Assembly (NCBI GenBank): GCA_963705275.1
Contig: OY970063.1
Location: 668,438 to 732,437, forward strand
Source: an uncultured delta proteobacterium
Lineage (GTDB): Bacteria; Desulfobacterota; Syntrophia; Syntrophales; UBA2185
Direction: 5' to 3'
DNA: 64,000 nt
Shown here: piece after piece, positions 9,959 to 17,711 of the stretch
Layout: every line of letters begins with the position of its first letter
Position numbering within the stretch: the stretch's first letter is position 1
Position numbers and translations under genes: made by a program
The notes under the pieces: generated by a model
The model's database searches: none
What the model was told of the DNA's origin: nothing
What the model saw: only the letters and a program-made list of their open reading frames with translations

Positions 9959-10351
9959 ATGGCCACAAAACCAGACAAACTACAAACCATGAAACCCGAG
10001 AAGCTTCAATTTTTTAGGTACCTGCTGACGCAGAAAACAAATGAACTCCTCGACGAAGCCGAAAGAACAGTTTCCGACATGACGACCGGAAAGGAAAATT
10101 TTCCCGATCCCAATGACAGGGCAACTCTCGAATCGGACAGAAATTTCGAGCTCCGCATCAGGGATAGAGAGAGAAAATTGCTCGTCAAGATTCAGGAAGC
10201 AATTAAGCGTATCGACGACGGTGTCTTTGGTATATGTGAGGTCTGTGGCGGTTACATCTCCGAGAAAAGGCTCATGGCAAGACCTGTAACGACTCTCTGC
10301 ATCGATTGCAAGACCAAACAGGAAAAGATAGAAAGGCTCAAAGGGGAATAA
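9959..10351 (+). CDS. dksA: RNA polymerase-binding transcription factor DksA/TraR family
   Basis: Coiled-coil region with acidic tip, plus C4 zinc finger CEVCGG...CIDC. Confidence 0.85.
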   Translation: MATKPDKLQTMKPEKLQFFRYLLTQKTNELLDEAERTVSDMTTGKENFPDPNDRATLESDRNFELRIRDRERKLLVKIQEAIKRIDDGVFGICEVCGGYISEKRLMARPVTTLCIDCKTKQEKIERLKGE

Positions 10352-10482
10352 ATATCCCGATTGATGGTCCAAGCAATTATAGTCTTTAGAAAACACTTCA
10401 CATTACAAATAAAAATAGAACAACCCCTCGGAACAATACTGATTAGATTTTCCCGCCTTGCCCAAACAGGTAAACAAACACA

Positions 10483-12915
10483 ATGTTTGTAACGATTGCC
10501 GTTAATATCCCCACGGAGAAGACATTCTCATATTCAGTTCCCGAAGCCCTGAAGCAGAAAATCGCCATCGGAAAACGGGTCCTCGTCCCTTTCGGCAAGA
10601 GAAGACTCACCGGTTATATTGTCGAAGTATCTCACCTGACATCTTGCGAAGACATAAAAGAAATAAGAGAAGTATTAGACCCCGAACCTCTCTTCAACGA
10701 GGAAGATCTGAAATTCTACCGCTGGGTATCTCAATACTATATCTACCCTCTTGGCAAGGCGCTATCCGAGATCCTGCCGGGAGGAATCGACCCGAAGAGC
10801 GTCCGGTGGATCTCCAGCATCAGAGAGAGACAGCAAGGAGATGACCTGCAGCTCTCTGCTGCACAGCGATTGATAATAGAGACCCTCGATCATTTCCCGG
10901 CTGGCTTGCCTGTTGATCGACTAAAACAGTTACTCCGAAATAAGGACCTTTATAGAAACTTCGATGCCCTCGTCGATGCAGGAATTATTGCCGTAGAGGA
11001 AAGAACCGGCAAACCGGGAATAATTCCTAAGAAAGAGAAGCTCGTCCATCTCAATAGCTACGATACAGCCACGACAAAACTGACGAGAAAACAGCTCTTG
11101 CTTACTGAATTCCTCCGTTCGCATGGCTCCTGTTCCGTGGCTGTCCTCCGCAAAAGATTCAAGAACATTCTGCCCATGCTAAGAAACCTGGAACAACTGG
11201 GGATTATCCATATAGCCGAAGAGGAAGTTTCCCGTCTGCATGGTCAGAATCATGATGTCGGCGGCAGCGACGCTGTCATCACACCTAACGAAGATCAGGA
11301 ACATGCCCTTTGCGCGATTGTAAAAGGCTTGGAAAGCAATAGTTTCTCTCCTTTCCTTCTCCATGGCGTGACAGGAAGTGGCAAGACAGAAGTCTACCTC
11401 AATGCCATTGCAGAAACTCTTGGAATGAAGGGAGGCGTAATTCTTCTTATCCCGGAAATAGCCCTGACACCGCAACTGCTCACTCGCTTTAACAGAAGAT
11501 TTAGTGAACAAGAAATAGCTGTGCTTCACAGCGGCATCTCAAGGGCCGCCAGATACGATCAATGGAGACGGATACAAAGGGGTGACATCAGTGTCGTCAT
11601 CGGTGCACGCTCGGCTGTCTTCGCGCCTGTTAGGAATCTTAAGCTGATCATCGTGGATGAAGAGCATGACACCTCTTACAAACAGGACGACCGAATGAGA
11701 TACAACGCACGTGACCTCGCAATTATGAAGGCGAGCCTCAACAAAGCGACGGTCATTTTAGGTTCCGCTACGCCTGCAGTTCAGACGTATTTCAATATGA
11801 CAAAAGGGAAATATAAGTACCTCGTTCTGCCCAGCCGCGTGGAAGACAGACCCCTCCCGAAAGTCGATATCATCGATATGAGGCAGGATACAGAAGGAAG
11901 TGGACAGGCTTCAGCGCCTGTTCTATCCCGTGCATTGAAAGGAGCAATCGCTGATACCTTGGAAAAAAAACAGCAGGTTCTCCTTTTCTTGAACAGGCGC
12001 GGTACTTCTACCTTCACGTTCTGTCTCGACTGCGGGCATGTGTTTAAATGTCTGAACTGTACCGTATCCTTGACGTATCATGCAAGTGACAGCAATCTGA
12101 AATGTCACTATTGCGATTATGCCATGAAGTCCGCCGCGTCGTGTCCCACATGCCATGGAAAACGTATACGCGCCTATGGCGTGGGAACGGAAAGACTGGA
12201 AGAGAAAGTCAAAAAGCTCTTTCCGCACGCAAGAATCGACAGAATGGATAGTGATACAACATCGAGAAGAGGAGCTCATGAAAAGATATTGAGGGCCCTT
12301 GGCCGGCGTGATATTGATATCCTCGTCGGAACGCAGATGATCACCAAAGGACACGACTTCCCTTATGTTACGCTGGTTGGCGTGATCTCAGCCGATGCAT
12401 CTCTGAATATACCCGATTTTCGAGCGGCAGAAAGGACATTCCAGATCCTGACCCAGGTCTCCGGCAGGGGAGGCAGAGGGACATCTCCAGGAAAGGTCAT
12501 TATCCAGACATTCAATCCTGGGCATTATGCCATTACGAGGGCAAAAGACCACGACTACATGGGATTTTATGATGATGAGGTTGCACTGCGAAGCGCCCTG
12601 TCCTATCCCCCTTTCACCCGCATTGTAAACCTTCAACTGTCAAGCCTGTCAAGAGATAAGGGCATGGAAGGCCTTAAAGGACTGAAACAGTTCATTCATG
12701 ACTCGTTGACGATAAACAAGTTGAAAGACAAAGTGGAAGTGATCGGCCCGGCAGAGTCCCCCATTGCCAGAATCAAGGGAAGGCACCGCTGGCAATTACT
12801 CTTGAAAGGTAAGGATGCCCGCGCAGTTCATAATGTGGCCAAAGACATCCTCTCAAAAGCTTACGCAAGCGCTTTGGATATCAGAGTAGATGTGGACCCG
12901 CTGACATTTATGTGA
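10483..12915 (+). CDS. priA: Primosomal protein N' (replication restart helicase PriA)
   Basis: 810 aa. Walker A GVTGSGKTEVY, DEEHD box, Cys-rich zinc-binding region (CLDCGHVFKCLNC...CHYC...CPTC). Confidence 0.95.
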   Translation: MFVTIAVNIPTEKTFSYSVPEALKQKIAIGKRVLVPFGKRRLTGYIVEVSHLTSCEDIKEIREVLDPEPLFNEEDLKFYRWVSQYYIYPLGKALSEILPGGIDPKSVRWISSIRERQQGDDLQLSAAQRLIIETLDHFPAGLPVDRLKQLLRNKDLYRNFDALVDAGIIAVEERTGKPGIIPKKEKLVHLNSYDTATTKLTRKQLLLTEFLRSHGSCSVAVLRKRFKNILPMLRNLEQLGIIHIAEEEVSRLHGQNHDVGGSDAVITPNEDQEHALCAIVKGLESNSFSPFLLHGVTGSGKTEVYLNAIAETLGMKGGVILLIPEIALTPQLLTRFNRRFSEQEIAVLHSGISRAARYDQWRRIQRGDISVVIGARSAVFAPVRNLKLIIVDEEHDTSYKQDDRMRYNARDLAIMKASLNKATVILGSATPAVQTYFNMTKGKYKYLVLPSRVEDRPLPKVDIIDMRQDTEGSGQASAPVLSRALKGAIADTLEKKQQVLLFLNRRGTSTFTFCLDCGHVFKCLNCTVSLTYHASDSNLKCHYCDYAMKSAASCPTCHGKRIRAYGVGTERLEEKVKKLFPHARIDRMDSDTTSRRGAHEKILRALGRRDIDILVGTQMITKGHDFPYVTLVGVISADASLNIPDFRAAERTFQILTQVSGRGGRGTSPGKVIIQTFNPGHYAITRAKDHDYMGFYDDEVALRSALSYPPFTRIVNLQLSSLSRDKGMEGLKGLKQFIHDSLTINKLKDKVEVIGPAESPIARIKGRHRWQLLLKGKDARAVHNVAKDILSKAYASALDIRVDVDPLTFM

Positions 12916-12937
12916 CTCTTGAGGGATCACAATTACG

Positions 12938-13645
12938 TCATGATGCCTGCTTCATCATTTGCTCAATTCTGGAGAGCAGTTCCTCCATGGCCCTGTTGAT
13001 GACATGGAAAGTCTTTGGATGAGCCATCAATTGCGATGGGGTCTCTATATAGCGGCTCTTAACCAATTCCCCCGAACAGTTGTCGATAAGTGCCTCAACA
13101 CCTTTCGGAGTGGACTCCATGTGGAATTGCAGCCCAATTACGAGTTCGTTATACACAAATGCCTGATTGAGACACGCCTCGCTCTTCGCAATGTGAACCG
13201 CTCCCCCCGGTAAATCAAACGTATCGCCATGCCAGTGTAACACTCTCATCCGCGCGGGCAGAAACTTGAATAGAAAAGAGTGTTGCCCAGCCTCCGTCAA
13301 CTCAATCGGAAACCAGCCAATTTCCTTAAATCGATTAGGATACACCCTGGACCCAAGAACATCCGCTATCAGTTGTGCACCGAGACATATACCTAAGACA
13401 GCTTTGCCCTGTCTGATAGCCTCCTCAATAAGACGCTTCTCGCTTTTCAGCCAGGGCAATCTATCTTCGTCATGGACTCCCATAGGACCACCCATGATAA
13501 TGAACCAGTCAACGCTATCAATATCCGGCAGGGGGTCATTCCGATAAAGTTTTGTGGCTATCAGGCGATATCCACGGGCACGTACCCACTGTTCAATGGT
13601 CCCTAATCCCTCAAATGGTACGTGCTGGAAAAAATTTATTCGCAT
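12938..13645 (-). CDS. Type 1 glutamine amidotransferase (GMP synthase-like GATase domain protein)
   Basis: GICLGAQL nucleophile-elbow motif and a downstream H/E region (LQFHME). Confidence 0.8.
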   Translation of the reverse strand: MRINFFQHVPFEGLGTIEQWVRARGYRLIATKLYRNDPLPDIDSVDWFIIMGGPMGVHDEDRLPWLKSEKRLIEEAIRQGKAVLGICLGAQLIADVLGSRVYPNRFKEIGWFPIELTEAGQHSFLFKFLPARMRVLHWHGDTFDLPGGAVHIAKSEACLNQAFVYNELVIGLQFHMESTPKGVEALIDNCSGELVKSRYIETPSQLMAHPKTFHVINRAMEELLSRIEQMMKQAS

Positions 13646-13752
13646 GTCTTTGATTTCCTAATTGAGACAGCTGCGCCCCGTCTGCTAAACTGCAGATGAG
13701 CACAGCCGTGTTGCTGCTATACAGGCATTTTCGTGTTTCTGTTGAGCCGCTG

Positions 13753-14220
13753 TTATGAATTTGTAACAATATCAGTCTGCGGTTTTGCTTCTATAATTGA
13801 CATCGCTATTCTTGTTGCTTCTTCAGTATAAACTCTGCATCGCTCCAGCATATTCGTTGCAAAGAATCTCTTCCTGCCTTCTTCTGTCCCCAGATCACAT
13901 CCGGTCAACTGTCTGCAATTCATCGAACCGAAATTGTTTTCAAAGATTTCTATTAATTGTCTTACAGGAACATAGCTCTTATCAATCGGCTCATCCGGCA
14001 AGCTTCGTCCATAATATATGCTTATTACCATAACAGCGCCGCAGACCGCTCCACAAATTCCGCCAGTCCTTGCAATGCCGCCACAGAAGCCGCTGGCGAT
14101 TTTAGGAATCAATTCCGATTGAAAACCCTTGCCTTCTGCCACGGAAAGCAAAACGCTTTCGGCTCAACGAAACCCTGATTTGAAAAGTTCTCCACTTCGT
14201 CGAGATGTCTTCTCAATCAT
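13753..14220 (-). CDS. C_GCAxxG_C_C family protein, candidate selenoprotein (in-frame TGA at 14164..14166)
   Basis: The track ORF 13753..14151 carries GFCGGIARTGGICGAVCGA, MNCRQL and LERCRVY. The same frame continues upstream through one TGA to AAGGAG-N7-ATG (14220), giving MIEKTSRRSGELFKSGFR-U-AESVLLSVAEG. The TGA sits where the family has its first conserved Cys. Confidence 0.6.
14138..14163 (-). promoter_or_regulatory. Candidate SECIS-like hairpin immediately 3' of the in-frame UGA
   Basis: The mRNA folds as GCC-GAAAGC-[GUUUU]-GCUUUC-(CGU)-GGC: a 6-bp upper stem, a 3-bp lower stem, and G as the first loop nucleotide. Confidence 0.4.
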
Positions 14221-14441
14221 TTATATTCTCCTTTATTATTATCAAAGACGTATTTTGTTTCCAGAGGTCAGTGTTGCGAAATTTGTGGATGTATTTCAGA
14301 TTCAACAACTCCATCTCTTGCTACAATACTACATCCCCGGAATATCATAAATATATTTCATAATTCTTATTGTCGTATTCCACACTATTCCTTATAATGT
14401 AAGTTAGTATGATGTCCTCCCGACCATAAGGCTGTGATCCC

Positions 14442-15041
14442 ATGAACAAATTCTGGTTCTGCTTTTTCCCCATATTTATGGCGGTGAATGTCATCGGCGT
14501 ACTGCCCATGTTCATGAACTTCACCGAGGGGCTGGACCGGCCGAAAATCAACCGGATTATTGTGCAATCGGTTGTTACGGCAACAATTGTTGCCTTGATT
14601 TTTCTAGCCGTGGGGAAAGTCATCCTGAATCTCTTAGGTATCACTGTCTCGGATTTTATGATCGCAGGCGGTATCCTCCTCTTCATCATATCACTCGATG
14701 ATTTAATATCCATGGAAAGGAGATGGAGTCAGATAGATCCGGAAAGTCTCGGTGCAGTGCCCTTGGGGGTACCCCTGATCGTCGGTCCTGCGGTCCTCAC
14801 TACGATATTGATTCTCGTCCAGGAGTATGGGCCATTAGCTACCGTGGCGGCCTTGATCGTGAACATGCTGTTAACCGGCATCACATTCTGGCTCTATGCG
14901 CCGATCATACGTCTTCTGGGGAAGTCCGGGGCCAGAACGGTGTCCAAGCTGGCCGCTCTCCTTCTCGCGGCCATTGCCGTTATGATGGTGAGAAAAGGAA
15001 TTGTGCTTCTTCTCGCCGGCGGTCTTAAGGTCACTCAATAA
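14442..15041 (+). CDS. MarC family (UPF0056) integral membrane protein
   Basis: 199 aa, about six TM segments. N-terminus FFPIFMAVNVIGVLPMF is typical of MarC/NAAT family proteins. Confidence 0.8.
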   Translation: MNKFWFCFFPIFMAVNVIGVLPMFMNFTEGLDRPKINRIIVQSVVTATIVALIFLAVGKVILNLLGITVSDFMIAGGILLFIISLDDLISMERRWSQIDPESLGAVPLGVPLIVGPAVLTTILILVQEYGPLATVAALIVNMLLTGITFWLYAPIIRLLGKSGARTVSKLAALLLAAIAVMMVRKGIVLLLAGGLKVTQ

Positions 15042-15055
15042 AACCGCACTATCTC

Positions 15056-16075
15056 TCACAATTGTTCTACAGAATAACCTTTATCCTTCAATAGATGGAT
15101 GATTCCCTTATCGCCCAAGAGATGGGCTGCTCCGACTATAACGAAATAAGTGCCGTTTGTTTTCAAGTAGGCTTCGATTTTTTGTGCCATGCTTCTGTTT
15201 CTCCTATAGACCAGCTTGTCGTAAATAATATAGAACCGTCTATCTTCAGCCAGGCTTCTCGTTATTGTCGCTTCCATCTTCTCCACGGCCCCGGATTTCC
15301 ATGCATCCACAAGTTTATCAACTTCCTCCACGAGTACCTTTAGTTCCCTCAGCGTATATAATAAGAACAGTTCCTGCTCTTCATCGTTTAAGCCCGCAAG
15401 AAGATCTATCTGATAGTCAAGACTCTCCAGTTCTGATATCTTTTTTCTTCCCTCAGCTTTTGAGAGAAAATATTTGTCTACCCCGTAATTGGGATCATAT
15501 CCGGATTTCATGAGTTCTACCGATTCCAGAGTCAATGCCAAAAACCAGGGCTTCTGGTTATACACCAACTCCATCGGCAAACCAACCCTTGCTGTCTCTT
15601 CCTTGATGAGGTTGAAGGTTTTCCCGGAGACATGTTTTTCAATGCTGTCACCGGGCCTGTAGACGGCGCTCTCCATCAACTTCTGGAGGTCCAGCCGGCT
15701 TATGTCATTGATGTCTGCCTCGACTGCCAAGACGTCGGATTTCGCAAAAGCGTCTTCTATTGTTCTGCTAAGGGGATAAACATCCTTCTTCAAAAGATGG
15801 ATGGAACCAAGCATATAGACCGTGTTCTTCTTTGATTGAATGCGCCATAAGAAGCTCTTCTGTGCGTAAGAAAAGGAATATCCAGCGCAGATAAGTATGG
15901 CAGTCAAAAAAATGACGGAAATGGTCTTATTCAGTTTGGCAGCTTTACTTTTCAAAAACACGTCCAATATCGCCTCCTTATTTTCATTCGTAGGGAATAA
16001 TACTGAGGAGACCCACAAAATTCCCGCCATGATAAGCTTGAGAATTGTTGTGGCTGGCATCCAATTGGTTGGCAA
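15056..16075 (-). CDS. TraB/GumN family protein
   Basis: FLWRI...VYMLGSIHLL motif and C-terminal VGAAHL. The likely true start is TTG 15955, which gives a signal peptide MKSKAAKLNKTISVIFLTAILICAGYSFSYA. Confidence 0.8.
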   Translation of the reverse strand: MPTNWMPATTILKLIMAGILWVSSVLFPTNENKEAILDVFLKSKAAKLNKTISVIFLTAILICAGYSFSYAQKSFLWRIQSKKNTVYMLGSIHLLKKDVYPLSRTIEDAFAKSDVLAVEADINDISRLDLQKLMESAVYRPGDSIEKHVSGKTFNLIKEETARVGLPMELVYNQKPWFLALTLESVELMKSGYDPNYGVDKYFLSKAEGRKKISELESLDYQIDLLAGLNDEEQELFLLYTLRELKVLVEEVDKLVDAWKSGAVEKMEATITRSLAEDRRFYIIYDKLVYRRNRSMAQKIEAYLKTNGTYFVIVGAAHLLGDKGIIHLLKDKGYSVEQL

Positions 16076-16177
16076 GGAAGGGTGAGTAATCGCAAAATAT
16101 ATTATATTTCGGCCGTGATCGGGTCGAACCGGTCAGATCTACTACTCATAGGGCTATTTCCCTATCTTGGGAGTCGG

Positions 16178-16212
16178 GAATAGAAGAAGAGCCAAAACAG
16201 CACAAGTTTCGG
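16178..16212 (-). terminator. Possible intrinsic terminator after atpB
   Basis: Minus-strand RNA reads GCCGAAAC-uugugcu-GUUUUGGC (8 bp including one G-U) followed by UCUUCUUCUAUU. It lies 35 nt after the atpB stop. Confidence 0.35.
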
Positions 16213-16246
16213 CCCCTCCTTTTGTTATTATGAGCTTTGGCGTGCT

Positions 16247-16900
16247 TTAGTGTGCTTCCTCCATAGCGCCGGCAATGTACATCATCGAGAGCAGCATGAA
16301 GACGAGGGTCTGGATTACGGAGATGAAAATCTTGAGAAAGAGAATCGGTATGGGTACAAGGAAGGGAGCTAACAGGAATAATACGGCTACAACGATATGC
16401 CCGCCTTCAATGTTTCCGAATAATCGAACTGTAAGGGATACGGGTCGAACCAGGTGACTGACCAGTTCGATGAGAACCATAAGCGGCGTCAACCACCACA
16501 CCGGACCCATAAATTGCTTAACGTATTTGTACCCGTGAACCTTGACCCCCATAACATGCGTCATGCAAAAGACCACAAGTGCCATGGAGAGATTCGTATT
16601 GAGATTGGCCGTGGGCGCTTCAAAACCCGGAACGAGGCCCAGGAGGTTGGATGTGAGAATAAAAAGTCCTATAGTAGCAATGAGGGGAAAGAATTTTCTT
16701 CCATCATGCCCCATCGTATCGGTTATTAAGGCGTCTAAACCGCTGACGACAACCTCCATCACATTTTGAAATCTAGTCGGATAGATATCCAGCTTCCGCG
16801 TTGCCAAAAAAGAGCACAGGGCAAGCAGTACCATGACAAACCAGGTATACATTATGTGCGCCGGGATGTAGTGGTTTTCAAGGAATGAAAGAGAGTGCAT
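16247..16900 (-). CDS. atpB: F0F1 ATP synthase subunit a
   Basis: Multi-TM protein with the conserved Arg motif [11 protein letters not shown]. Confidence 0.9.
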   Translation of the reverse strand: MHSLSFLENHYIPAHIMYTWFVMVLLALCSFLATRKLDIYPTRFQNVMEVVVSGLDALITDTMGHDGRKFFPLIATIGLFILTSNLLGLVPGFEAPTANLNTNLSMALVVFCMTHVMGVKVHGYKYVKQFMGPVWWLTPLMVLIELVSHLVRPVSLTVRLFGNIEGGHIVVAVLFLLAPFLVPIPILFLKIFISVIQTLVFMLLSMMYIAGAMEEAH

Positions 16901-16903
16901 CTT

Positions 16904-17299
16904 TTACCTAGCCTCCTCAACACAATTTTTTTTTGTATATAGGGCAATTGTGGTGATTACTATGGCGATCACCACTGTTGAAAGACCGATCAGCAGACCT
17001 ACTATATCAACAATATCCCCGGTAATAATAAAATAGAGGGCAACTGCCGTAACGCCAAACCTGATATAATATTTAAACATCACGGCAGAATTTGACTTTT
17101 CCGAAAGACTTCTGAACGCCTTTCGCAGATCACGGACGAGCCAGTGAAAATTCACGATGCTTATAAACCCGCCTAACATAAGGCCTAAGGCGAACTTGTG
17201 AGGCATGAAGACAAAACTAATCACTGCCAATAGTCCCAGGATGATCCAGTTTGTAAGCTCAAGCCTCTTTTGCAGGGGGTCTTTTTCTGTGCGGTTCAC
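16904..17299 (-). CDS. atpI: ATP synthase subunit I-like membrane protein
   Basis: 131 aa, four predicted TM segments, located directly upstream of atpB. Confidence 0.65.
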   Translation of the reverse strand: MNRTEKDPLQKRLELTNWIILGLLAVISFVFMPHKFALGLMLGGFISIVNFHWLVRDLRKAFRSLSEKSNSAVMFKYYIRFGVTAVALYFIITGDIVDIVGLLIGLSTVVIAIVITTIALYTKKNCVEEAR

Positions 17300-17540
17300 T
17301 TTTCAGATACTTAATTAACGGTTTTTCGTCCGGCATTTTCTTTATTAAGACATATATGTTTCTGAATCCGATAATAATACCCGCCAGCAGAAGGAAGATT
17401 GTAAAAATGTAGCCGGTACCGAATGTCCTGTCCAGAAAAACACCCAAATAAAGACCACCGAAGATCAGCACAACCATGAAGATTCCTATGCTGCTTGCAT
17501 AGGCCATCTGGATGGCCGTCTTCCTCGTATCCTTATCCAT
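17259..17540 (-). CDS. AtpZ/AtpI family small membrane protein
   Basis: The likely start is ATG 17540 (MDKDTRKTAIQMAYASSIG...). Two TM segments. First gene of the atp F0 cluster. It overlaps the next ORF by 41 nt. Confidence 0.6.
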   Translation of the reverse strand: MDKDTRKTAIQMAYASSIGIFMVVLIFGGLYLGVFLDRTFGTGYIFTIFLLLAGIIIGFRNIYVLIKKMPDEKPLIKYLKSEPHRKRPPAKEA

Positions 17541-17711
17541 ATGCGTGGCGCTCCTTAGCACGAACGGCCCGGCATGTCAAACAAAAACTGGCCGTGAGAC
17601 CCGCAATCCGGGAAGTGATCATAACGCAAGACTTTGAAAAGATTATTATATGAATATGAGACGGGCCTGGTGTATTCAACGCGAATGGGTTGATTCGCTG
17701 CAATTCCATTA

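Noticed and set aside
16111-16135. tRNA-like T-arm sequence (GGGTCGAACCGG)
   Set aside because: Only a 3-bp stem can form, and no acceptor, D or anticodon arms can be built around it.
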